Source: Balanoglossus misakiensis
Taxonomy: Eukaryota; Animalia; Hemichordata
DNA length: 64,000 nucleotides
NCBI GenBank assembly: GCA_040954595.2
Contig: CM082579.2
Location: 6,127,625 to 6,191,624 of the forward strand
Direction: 5' to 3'
The position numbers were made by a program, and so were the translations under genes. Within the stretch, counting starts at the first letter, position 1. The number at the start of each line of letters is the position of its first letter. Below the pieces are notes generated by a model. It did no database searches. It was given only the letters and a program-made list of their open reading frames with translations, and was not told the DNA's origin. This document shows, in pieces, positions 13,733 to 26,118 of the stretch.

Positions 13733-15528
13733 CTACATCACCACGCAGTCTTTCCTCCGCCGCTTTTGCCCCCGCTTCCCTCGCTGACCTCTTACGCCTG
13801 CAAGAAACATGATAAAAGACCGAAGTCAGTCGTTTGACGAAAACCCTTCGAATTATCGATGTTGCAGAATCTGCATGAGACGGCCACTGACTTGAAACAT
13901 TCATAACTTACCCACCTATACCTGTAACTATATAACATTCCATAAGGCTTATGAGCAAAGTTTCGATATGACTTGCATATCTTTATCAAGCCAATGACTC
14001 ATAGTTACGCATGTTTATAAAAACGCGAACTGTACACCTCTTTAAACTTGCTATGCGTGCGCATGTCTGAAGGTCATTGGGTGTGGTCTTACATTTGTTT
14101 TTATTTCCACGGATTATTTACAAAACGCTGTAAGATTTCTTGCTGAAATTCTTCAATTGGCAATTCTTAATTGGTAACACCACGCAAAACACATATGTTA
14201 TCCCCTCCTGCCTTCCACGCTGTCATGTGACCCCAATTTTGACGCTTGTAGAGTGTACACGATTGGCCTGTATAAAATATGTACTTTGGGGGGTTTAGGG
14301 ATTGGATAATTCACAGAAAACCACAATTCCCGTAAAAGGGTATTTGACGATATGCCGCATCCTTTCATTTGTTTTACCCAATTTGTGTGACAATCATGAA
14401 CTCGAGCTCACCCTGCGCACGAATGCTTGGTTCCGACATGGATCTGGAGAACGATGAGTCTGCAAATCCGGATTCGAGGAACTCGTCACTGCGCGATTGG
14501 TAGTGCGAATCTGAGTGTGCGCTGGGAGCTCCGTTTATGTTCTCGGTCATTTCATCCATGACGACCTTGCGCATCGGACCATTCAGCAGAACTGGGACGT
14601 TGATGACCGGGTTGACCTGGATGCCACCTTCACGAGGCCCACCACTGCCGTTACCTCCCGTGCTTTTCAGCTTTTGTTCCACGTCCTTCGTGAAACTGGT
14701 GATCTGCTCTTCAAGTTGTCGCATTTGGTCGTCTTTCTTCCTCAGAACTTCATCCATCTCCTTTTTCATGTCGGCCAATTTCTCTTCCATGTCTTGTTTC
14801 TTCACCATTCCATCAGCTTGGACGCGCACCTGCCGTTTTAGTTCGTCGTTTTCGGTCTCCAGGTGGTCGACTCGATTGGACAGCCGGGCCATCTCCGCTT
14901 TCAGTCCTTCAACCTCTTCCGACTTTCGCGCCATCTCCGTCTCGAACTTCTCGTTGCACCGCAGGATCTGCTCTGTGTTTCCGTTGATGAGTTGGCACAG
15001 CTTGATTTCTCTGCGGCCCTGTTCAGCAACGTCATCGCAGCATTTATGCACCATTTCTAACACTTGCTTCGTCTCATCTAAACGGCTCTGTTGTTGTCGG
15101 GCATCTAAAACATTATGGGTTAATGAGGCGCCGTCTACATCTTCTTTACGCTCTAGTGGCCCAGGTTGTAGGGGACATGCGACCTGGCCAGTACCACCAC
15201 CTTCCTCAGTACACTGGAAAGAACATTACACGTCATATCATACGGTTATCAATTTGTCTAGAATGGAGGCAATAAAATAAAAACCTTCACAGAGTGCATA
15301 CATTCTATTGCATCTCTTAAACGTTACGCTTTGTCTCAGATACAATTATATTAAACGTTTATAACCTCGATAATTTTCAGGCAATGCAATCATTGCATGT
15401 GCATCCGGGATGGTTGCGACAGGACTGAATGCATGAAAAAGGCCGACTTCAGTTCCTAGCAATGCTACAGTGCGTGTACTGATCCGTACCTGAACGGGTG
15501 GCTCTAATGAAGAACTCTCTTGAGACAT
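13733..15528 (-). CDS. Orphan coiled-coil protein (301 aa) ending in a polybasic stretch + CaaX motif (…RGKRGQKRRRKDCVVM*)
   Basis: Three phase-consistent exons: 15528-15490 (MSQESSSLEPPVQ), 15213-14412 (long E/K/Q-rich heptad region) and 13797-13733 (stop TAG). All junctions are canonical (ctttccag|, |gtacgg, |gtgagc, ttcttgcag|). Candidate polyA signal AATAAA at 12833-12828. Confidence 0.78.
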
Positions 15529-18500
15529 AATTGTACCCCAGTCTTAGTTGACAGCACGAGTTGTATATACAGCCTTCCAGTTTAGACGAGGTGCGTGGTC
15601 TTCTATGATTATGACACAGCTGACCTGTAATCGAAAAGTTTTATTGAATGGCATAAGATGCAATAAATCCCCCCCCCCGTGTTAACCCTCTGAACTCTAT
15701 ATAATAGCATTAACAATTTCACGAAGGAACGCGGTACATAGTTACATTAATATTTTTCAGTAAATAGGTCACAGTGTTTATTCACTTCAGACTCGTAGGG
15801 CACAAACGATTACTGCCGGGCTCAATTGAATTCAAATTGTATGTTGCATGGGATATAAAGCATTTCTCATGTAGCGCTATAAACAAAAGCGTAAATAAAT
15901 AAATAAATAAATAATTAAATGTCAGTTTTCGGTCTTGGAAAATGACTTATTACACTAACTGCAAAGAAACTAAAAGATGACCCGAATGCTCATGCGCTGT
16001 ACTATCGACATGTCACGTTGATTTATCTGCATGTTTGTTCATTTTTCCCGCGTCGATTCCGGTCAGCTTGGTAGTTCTCAGTTTTAGTTAATATAGAATA
16101 CATATGTAGGCCTTTTTAAACTTGGCCGATTAAAAAAGACGGTGCATGTATACAGCTGTTGCATCGGACGTATGTCGTTTAATTTGAAAGTACATGTAGA
16201 TGAAATGTATATACCAATGGCATCACTGGCATTATAAGCGTAGTCATGGGATTAAATGTACACGGTCACCTATGCAAATATAGCCACAGTTACCATGGAA
16301 AGTTGAGATCCAGCCGATCACACATTTTCGCGCAGTGGCCACGCAAAATCAAGTGCGATACCGAACAGTTATTCGAAGACTAAACGAAAGGTGATTTTAT
16401 ACCTTCAAGGGGTCATCATCTGGATAAATACACGCAGTAAAATGCGGAATAGCTCTCACCGGTGTTGTTTGTCTCGAAAGAACGCTCTGCAAGCCCTCAA
16501 AAAGCTCACACCAGTTTCCTCAATGCGCTGTTGATACAGGCCTATGTTATGAGATGGCGTAATCCGATCGAATATACAAGTTATTAATTGAAAGACAGCG
16601 ATTTCCAGTGTAAGGGAAAATTGATCATGGTCAACGTACTCCCTTCTCAGTTGTCAAGGTAGTGGAAGCGGATTTCTGTGTGTGTATAGGGTAGTCGCTG
16701 AAGTTACTGTAAACGACTACGAAGAAGCCTGGGCGTGTAGTAAGCACAACTCCATGTGTGAACACTATAACGATAACAAATGACATCATCAAAGTTATAA
16801 ATACATTGAAAATTAGATTGAACGATTCAGTCGTGCGCGTGCGCTCCGGCAAGGTGATCGGATGTAAATTTGTAGGAAGTACAAATAAATAACGTCACAC
16901 AAACGAACTATAGCATGAGTATAAACGACTGTTCGGTAATGTCAAAGGTCGAAGGGACAGAGTCTTGGGCCACATTCTTAATCTAGTCAAAATGAGTTTA
17001 TCGAGTTCAGTATTTGAACTGTCCATTCTCACCGTTTCTCCTCTCGGTGAGAATTCTGTGATATTTACTGTCCTAGATAAAATTAAACTATATTGTTCAC
17101 ACTAAACAGGGGACTCTCGACATGGTTCGTTCTTGTCACCAGAACAGCACCTGTACACGGGTTTCATTCACCGCGTCCTTGAGTACGGTAACCTTTCAAC
17201 TATATGTTAAGGGCGGGAACTTGGTAACTGCCTTATACAACCGTTTACAACCGTATACACTGCAAAAATTTAAACATTAACACGAGGCAGACAGCAACCA
17301 CATGATTGTGTAAATACATGTAGTTCTCCTGGAATTATAAGACATTTTCATACGTTATTCTGAACTATGTCTCAGCGAGATGGGAACGTAGAAACGGTAA
17401 GATGTATTATGTTCATGTTTACTTTATTGCTGTTTAATTTTTTCGTGTTTCCTGGGGCTTTGAAGTCGACATTTTAGCAGAAGTGGGTTCTATTAAACCA
17501 CCACCTTTTAAACACGGTCTCTGAGTTAGGGAAAGTGTATTACTGTTATTCTTTTGTATTTTGGCTATGCCTTAACTTTTATTTGGAGCTCTGGTCGAGG
17601 TCATGTTCAAAATGCCAGGCAAAAGCGAAATGAAATCTAACAGCGCTTAAAAGCAGTCCTTAATTTATCAATGCCCAGGGCGCACCCATGCAGGTTGGGT
17701 TGTGTCCATGCATGTTAAATCATATGTACGCCGTGATACAAACAAGCGTCTATGCAGGGCTGGAGTACCGTCGTGCCGCGCGCCCTATACATAGCGTCAA
17801 CTTTAAAGATGACATGGGTGGTGACGCACATTGCACCATGTATGAAAATGACGCGGTGACTGGTTGCTAAAAATATGCAATGATTTATGCCAATATTTTA
17901 GATTCACAGATACTATATGCGATTCCTGCATATACTAAAAGTGAAAGTACAAGCCCGTGTAGGCTAGAGGGCGTGCTATTTCGGAGAAATGCACTCGACG
18001 AGTGTTTTTTCTCGAAATGATAATGAAAGTAGAGGGAGTGGCGCCTCGTCCGCTTTATTACCGTCTTAGTGGAAATTTCTGGGGGAAAACGGTAAATACC
18101 AAATGCAACCTGCTATAAAAGCAGTTACGGAGACGATTATCTTCTACCGTAGCGTTGGCTCGAACTTCACAGGAATTCTCCGAAATGCCGACTGGATCTA
18201 CATGGCCGGCCCAGGTGCTTGATACTGTCTAGACTTAATTTCTAACGCCCGTCGAATGGTTAACATGCCAGAAAACCCGTGGGCAGCGGATATACTTGGT
18301 GTAATGTGCAGACACCAGTATTCCAGTGCGCTTTGAACGTGATACCGGGTTCGTATTTGAGTTTAAATTTATATATACCGTATGGATGGATTGGTCATAG
18401 TATTTCTATGTAGGCCTATATACCCGTCTGATGTCACTGTGGCTGTTGAGTTAGCAGATCATAATTGACTTCAATGCATATACCGGCGTTAGAACAAGAA

Positions 18501-19770
18501 AAGTCTTGTCCTCTGTATTCTGTATTTGCAGTAATGAAGTAAGTGCTCATATCTTAAGTCGTTTTTTCGTGGTTGTTCTGCGGTTTCTCTTTCTGTTCAT
18601 GCAAGCTTAACTTTTACTGTCATGATCAACAAAAAATTAGTGACACATGATTAGTTGTGCGTGCTGGAGGTGGTGAAAGTGCTGGTAGCGATGGTGAAAA
18701 CCAAAACAACAATAACAATACTACGTAATTTACACAATATTTCTAATTTAGATTAATAATTACTTATCGGCGATATCAGTGCTTAAGTCAGTGACACCTT
18801 ACCATTGGGTCAAATTATTGTCCTATCAACCTCTATAGTTTGTGCATGAGTGGAAGTACACCATACTTTATGTTACCACTCTGGCAGAGTGAAAAGCTAC
18901 GGTAAATTATTTGAAATCTGTGATATATAATATAATCCAGAGACCTATATGTAAACAAAAAAAAAACGCCGAAAAGCTAGTCTCGTGGAGCTAGAGTGAT
19001 TAAGACTTACAATTCGTCACCATTTAGGGCGTATCACATATAAACATGAATATTCATTAGTTTCCTACGAATCCAATCTCCTAAGAAATTTCGCTATGAC
19101 TCATGCATGTATTGAAAGCAAAAGTTGGCTGTCGATTTGAAAGGACTCGGTGGGGCAAAATCAACATTTTGTGTCAATCTGGGTGGAATGTAATATTATG
19201 ATCGTTAAACTTTTAGATGCACTGTTTTGTTGTGACGCTTTGAATATGGTAACGTAACTGACTGTTACCACACAACGAGTCAGTTGTCAACATTGATTTG
19301 TTTAAGTGATTTGTCATGCTCTAGAACAAGTATTTTTGCATGACAAGGATAGAGATTTAGTTTTAATGTCAAACATAGATTGTATGATGATGGCGTTAGT
19401 TTCTGACGAGACCTGTAAAAAAAGCCACCTGTTTAACCCTTCACACCGCGACCCTGACCGCTCGTGGTGACCTGAAATTCATTCGGAAGTTTACTTCTTG
19501 GTCAAGTTCAAAAGGTTATTGAGTATTCTTAACCAAAGGTGTTATGAGCCAAATATTTTAGTTAACTTGCTCGCACTGGTGTGACACTGTATTAAAACAG
19601 CTTTGCGGTTTGTGGTGAAACCGATGGCATGCGATAAGCTTTTGTCAATGGATCCGTGGTATGATCACCCGACCCGCCACTTGCTCCCGACATAGCTATA
19701 CACACAAAACGCGGTATGTCGCTGGTTACAGACAGTAGGGCAAAGAAGCTGAATACTTAGACAATGTTTA

Positions 19771-19813
19771 CAGAGAGAGAGAGAGAGAGACAGAGACAGA
19801 CAGACAGAGAGAC

Positions 19814-19843
<30 letters not shown>
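19771..19843. repeat. (GA)n/(GACA)n microsatellite
   Basis: Seen directly. Confidence 0.92.
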
Positions 19844-19844
<1 letters not shown>

Positions 19845-22400
19845 TTTGGTTACATGGTGACAGAGAGAGAGGGGGGCAGATGTTTAGTCATTTTGTTAAT
19901 GGTGACACAGACTTGAAAATCAATATTATGAATTCATACCAGTAGTGGTATGCCTACGATCAGAATAAAAGTCTGGCCAGAGAAACCTACCATTACGCTG
20001 CCATCATACACATCTCGACTCGAAGGCGCCCAGCGACCAAGAGAAAAAAGTGTAGGACTGGACTGCAGGCCAATAATAAACGGGTCACCACAATTTGGCG
20101 GGTGTTTAGCCTTCAAGTGAGGGGCATGTGAACCTTGTATGTCAAGCCAGTGGAGGCCTGTTTTGAAGGTACATACCGTAAAATATTATAGAATCGTTAG
20201 TATTTGGCCCGAATTATCTTCTATTTAAGTTAGTAATTAGGTACGTCGGCCCAATGAAGAATCTGGGGCCGACCCCATGTTCTTACAGCCTCAAATTTGG
20301 CCGGAAGTTGGTCTGTTCTGAATTTTGATTGGTTGAATTTACGGAATTCCCCTTTCTATATTAAGAAAGATGACTCATTCTCGAGCGACCTAACCGTTAA
20401 ATAGTCCGTGACACCTGTTGATTGGCAGTCACTCTATAGACCAATTGCAAGGAGTTTATCACTCTCTACCACTCAACACACTACCGCTCGTCATTAATGA
20501 CACAATACTTTATAGAACTATGATTGATATATATATATATATATGTTTATAAGATTGACTTACATGACCTGACGGATTTCAGTGATCAATGCTAAGGGGT
20601 TTCCCAGAATGTCGAGCAGATATTGTTTTCGGCTGTGTTACATCTAAATTGGGCATTCTGGCACGAAGTCGTGATATGCGATTTAATAATCCGTTATTCT
20701 CGCATCGATGTAGGTCTTGTTGACATTGAATTCATTGCTCAAAATCTGGGTTTTCCGTTGTAACACATATCGGTTGATCCATTTGGTTTTGATTGAAGCT
20801 GATTAGGAAGGTGTGGCAGTTGAGATAGTCATGGGTGCATTTTAGGTACACCTCACATGCCTTAACATTTTCAAACGACAGCACATGAGGAACGAGTAAA
20901 TAGGAATAATTTAGCCAAAATTCACATAGCTGTCAACCTCACAAGGCACGATGTACAATTCACAACTCCTGGGATACTGTTGAGCATGAAACTCACATTT
21001 TTGGCATCGAAGATATAGTGCGCCAGGGAACCTCGGAAAGTTTTGTGATAAATTAATAGATGATGTATTCATATAATCTGTTACGAAAATGAGTGACAGC
21101 ATTCTTGATTCGACTCAAAACAGTAATTTAGTGTTTCTGCCAAATTATACCCGAATTTGTCACTTTGGGCGTCTTGATTGTTATTTATTTATTGAACCCT
21201 TTTACATGTATTTACACCTCACCACTCTGGTGTCATTATGTCAATATGGCCAATATATTGCAATGAGAAAATGTTATGGGGTGGACTCATGGGCACTTTA
21301 CTTTAACTGGAGTTTAAGAGACCAAGCCTGGCCAGTTATTCAGTGTTTAGGTTTAATTTGTCCCGTGCGACATCATTGTTATAATACTACAAGTGGTTCA
21401 CAGAATTGCATGCTTGTATTCTGCCCCGGACAAACCTTGCTCTGTACACATTGTAGAATGCAGTTCACCAGAAGTTCAGAACTATGTCATACTTGGTTTT
21501 TAAATACGACGCTGTAAAACACATTTTTTTTGCACTAGCATCATAAGTTTATTAGCTACGTATAACCTATATCCAATAATGTATAAGAAACAAGAAATTA
21601 GAAAAAATATCTGTTTATACCACCACCGATTACTGAAACACTAATTAATACCTACAAGGAGAATATGAATGATCAAGAAAAAAAAAACTGTAACATTTGG
21701 GACATATTGAAATCTCTTTCTGACGTGTTGTATTAGTGAGCCATGTTTCCTTCAGGATATCCACCCTATCAGTGGCATACGAATCCTTGCATGTATGTTT
21801 TTTATTCATTTCTTTTGTGCGTTTTTTCTTCGTATGTGCTCCTTTCACCTGCCGTGATCCACTTCACTCTGGATCTGATGAAAGATCCTGCTGCACTCCA
21901 CTGAAAAATGTTTCTCCAACTTTTCTTTCGTGTCACAGTCTGACAAAATTACATGACACAGGGACCCACAACATGGCACTTGAATGGGTATTTCCAATTT
22001 GGCAAATATAATAAGTTACTACACCATCTTCCCATTTCCTTAGACGATCAATAGAGAATTTCCCTTTCCCATAATTGAATAGTACAGATACATTGTGGCA
22101 ATATCACCCAACCCCTTTTCTTCAGTTCCCTTCCCGGGGGCCCCAGAAAATCGTAGTTTCACAGAACATATATTTTCATATTTCGACGACGCGTGTCCAA
22201 CATATAAGTCGAAACAAAGTTCAGGCTTGAAGTATTACATGGGTTAGGGCAACAACTTTTGTTCATGTGGCCTTACCAGAGACCTCGAACTACCTAATTT
22301 TTTTCTGTAAAGATATACAATTGTTGCTTCAGTAGATATGAAATAGGCACAATCCTGAATACAATAACAATCTGTTTGTTTTCCTTTTTTTTGTATTTTG

Positions 22401-22507
22401 GATGTAAAGTGTGAATGAATGAATGAATGAATGAATGAATGAATGAATGAATGTCTTCTCTTCTTGGTTTCATTCATTCATTCATTCATTCATTCACACT
22501 TTACTTC
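22401..22507. repeat. Inverted (GAAT)n/(ATTC)n microsatellite hairpin with unique outer stem
   Basis: GTAAAGTGT(GAAT)n … (ATTC)nACACTTTAC with a ~16-nt spacer. Confidence 0.88.
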
Positions 22508-23369
22508 TTAAGTGCGATTTTCCACGTTCGTTCAGAATAAAAAAAATCTGCATGGTACACGCAGGGTTTACAATACAGTGCAGCTACCATATCTGCCGTT
22601 TTCTTATTACGTTCGATTTATTGTTCATACAATTTGTGCATATAACACCGCCATTTATCTTTAATGTAAACATAAAAGATAAGCGGCAGTGTTATCTGAA
22701 CCGAGTGACACAAAGACTTCCCTCTGCCTGCTTCTCCACGTTGCGTGGTTTTAATTCCCACTTGATATACATGTATCAATTTCATTCGGGGTCTCTGCTG
22801 TGTGTTTTATCCAAGTGAATCTGTTAACTGCACAAATTGTATGTATTGAATAATAAACAAACGCAGTATCTATAAGAAAACACTAGAATGTATGCAGAGC
22901 ATGTTCAATAACAACGGTTGATGTAGATAATTTTGACAACACACAGAGGTGCCGAGTCATTAAACTAATTCAACTGACGACTGCTAAAACACTTGATAAA
23001 GATACCGTCTAGGATCAGTTACACAGGTTTGTTTTCCACCGCCAGCTAATCACTTGCCATGACAATATCGTTGTCACTTGTAAAACTAAAAAAATGAACA
23101 CTACTATGTATATCTGTGAAAAGAGCTCTTTATGTGCTCTTTCACAGCACATTTTAAACGCAATGAATTCAACTCCACAATCTGTGCGTGCTGGTGTTTG
23201 TTGTTGAAGCAAACACCGCTATCTTTCACAATTACGTTATCGCAAAGGTTAATGAACGAAGAATTAAAAACAACATGTTGCCTGCTGGTGTACACCTGCT
23301 GTTTGGTCTTACGAGTGTCTGGACATTCCACTTTCTTTGTCTTCGTTAACCTACTGGACACGCATGTTT

Positions 23370-24460
23370 TTAATCTTCTGATTTCGGATGAGAAATCAGG
23401 TTGTCTCTCTCTGAGTACTTGGTCCAATCATCTGAAAACAACAAGAATTAACGCCAGAGATCAAACATCCATCATTTTCTTGACTACCTCGTTGTTCGGA
23501 GTACCAGTCGTTTAAAAAATATATTCACTCGATAAATTTGATTTTGATCACCTACCTGACTCAGGTATACCAGAGGACAGCCTGGAATCACTGTGTTCAA
23601 CCCCATTGTCTGGCAATGGGGTCATGCCGCCCAGACCTCGACGGGGGCGGGGCGGTGGACAAGCCATTCCCTGGATATTGCCACGCACGTCTGTTATCAG
23701 CATGTCAACTTTGGTCGATAGCACCTGTACGTGCATTCTCAACTGTTGGACCGCATCTTCCAATTTGGCCTTGGCTTTCTCCAGCTTCTTGATTCTTTTC
23801 TCCTGCTCTTCGCATCTCTCCTCCAGTGCCTTGATCCGTTTCTCGTTTTCTTCACGTTTTCTAACAACAAGATTATTGTGTTCAGCTGAACGGAACAGTT
23901 CTTCTTCGCGAAAATTCTGAAGAGCTTGACTTCTTTCCATCGACGTCGACATTGGGTGGAATCCAGATGTATCAGTGCACTACGTAAATATAGCGAGAAC
24001 TGATGTCAGATAAGAAATTTTACATTCAAGGATATGGTTTAGTAAATTTATAAACGTAATTTAAACGGAAATTTATTTTGTATCAAAAGTATCTAGTTGA
24101 ATTGTGTATTATTAAGCACAAGAGGGCATACATTGATTTTATAGATTTCCCCCTGACGAAATAACATGATTTAGCTGAATTGCTGAAACATACTGGAAAT
24201 TAGAGGAACCAAAATTGTGATTGAAATTATAAGAGATAGGGAGTCATGATTCAATCAGCGTGTATTTCTATACAATGTAAATGGCTTGATGAACAATTAG
24301 TGTACTTAAATTCGGCACCTGTCTACCTTTCTTTCAATCATGTCACATGCGGTAAATCATGAGAGAATTAAAACCATTATGAACATTCACGATTATTTCA
24401 GAATTATTTTGTATGATTTAAATTGATCCGTACCTCAGTCGACGAATTAACGTTTTCCAT
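23370..24460 (-). CDS. Orphan coiled-coil protein (~170 aa), probable divergent paralogue of the 13733-15528 gene
   Basis: Exons 24460-24434 (MENVNSSTE), 23979-23556 (CTD…KRIKALEERCEEQEKRIKKLEKAKAKLEDAVQQL…HSDS…) and probable last exon 23431-23370 (DDWTKYSERDNLISHPKSED*). Intron phases are the same as in the first gene. The last exon is less certain. Confidence 0.68.
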
Positions 24461-25545
24461 GACGGACGTTGTTTTGATCTCTCTAAAAACAATAATCTCC
24501 ACCAATCTATCTCACCATCTCCATGTCTTTAAATCTGGAGGAAAAATAGCAAAAGTATGATTAACTATTTCCCGCTATTTAATTATAATGTTTAAGCAAC
24601 TTGGGGAAACTGTAAACCACCATTCCTCCCACGAAAGCAATGCTTTCATAAAATGCCGCTTGTTTTACTAGTATTACTCGGATACAATGCATGTATCCTG
24701 CGTCCCTTGAATAATGTTTGACCCTCGAAAGCTTACGGACACTACTTTGTTTCAACTAATCCTTCGCCCTGTGAATATACTAGTACTCGTACATTGACCT
24801 TTTGGGGAGGGAATTTTTTTTGGCGGGCAATTCGCCTGTCAGTACCCCCTTAAGCGCACACGACGTCGACTCTACCACTACATAGTACCGGGCCGCAGAC
24901 CATGAACTGGCGACCCGCCGTTTGTTTCCAACGTCAAATTTGATTCTAATGTTGAATTTCCGAGAAAACAATTTATCTGACCTGTAGTTTTCTTGGCTCG
25001 CTTACGTTTTAATTTGGAAACTTTTAAAAAAATCATACGCCACCGTCTTGATGACTGGCCCCTATTTTAATAATGGTATCGCCATGTTTCGCTGTTTCGC
25101 AAAGTATAACTAGCCCTTTGGGCCAGCTTGCACTTGCAACAGGATAAGTTGATCTTATAAAATGTAAAATTCATCCAAACACCAGGGTTGAAATGTTTCA
25201 AACGTTCTGTAGAACAGAATCACCCTGAGTAGAAATGTCAGTCAAGTCAGGTCAACTCAAAGTCCAGTGTCACGGCAGTTTAATTCAAAACAAGGGGAAA
25301 GTTGGCCCTATATGCCGCCATATTTGTTCTGTTTATTTGCTCAGCACAGGAAAAAAAACCCACCAACTGTGGTGGAGAATCCGAGTAAACCGTTAGTTGT
25401 ATAGGCACAGTGTGTGTGTGTGGGGGTGAGGGGGAGAAACTGACTTAATCTGTGGTTTGAGTCCTCACTCAATAAGGACAATATTCCTCTATTATCAGGC
25501 TCTGTGAGCAACACTGTCTCAATTCATCAAATCACAGTTATTGGT

Positions 25546-26118
25546 TAGACTGTCGACAGTCCCTCGCGCCTAATGTGTATCGATTCGGCGTTTCGTGCGA
25601 GGGCCGTAAGGCCCGTATCTTTTGAGGGCCGAAGGGCCGATTCGGCGTTTCGTGGTGCGATGGCCGTAAGACCTCGGGCATGGGCATGGCCCGAGGGACT
25701 GTTATACCTTGTTTCGCCCTCACACGGGCACTGTGGGAAAATGCCCCTGTAAAATGATTGACAGTTAATATACGTCATAAACTCATAAACGGCAAAGATG
25801 TTTTGATGCGTCGCCAACGGGCAGTGGGAAGTCTTTGGCGTATGAAATCGCACCTTTTCTCTTGGACAGGATCGGCGAATTTACCGAGGAACCGTCATCG
25901 ATAGTTTTGGTTGTTTCGCCGCTGATTTACGCCCCCATATGCAAATTTTACTACGTCATTTTCTGCATGCATAATTAATATCAAGGCAAGGCTTACAAGC
26001 TATAACAGTCCCTCGGGCCTTACGGCCCTCGCACCACGAAACGCCGAATCGGGCCTTCGGCCCTTACACGAAACGCCGAATCGATACACATTAGGCGCGA
26101 GGGACTGTCGACAGTCTA
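25546..26118. mobile_element. MITE, 573 bp, long TIRs with internal subrepeats, 8-bp TSD
   Basis: TIR TAGACTGTCGACAGTCCCTCGCGCCTAATGTGTATCGATTCGGCGTTTCGTG at 25546 and its reverse complement ending at 26118. TSD TTATTGGT at 25538-25545 and 26119-26126. Confidence 0.9.

Noticed and set aside
14515-15280. Plus-strand ORFs of 108-247 aa
   Set aside because: Antisense shadows of the coiled-coil exon; the splice signals and amino-acid composition support the minus strand.
13733-15528. Calling the CaaX protein a lamin or a Ras-family GTPase
   Set aside because: No IF rod-end consensus, no Ig-like lamin tail and no P-loop/G-box motifs.
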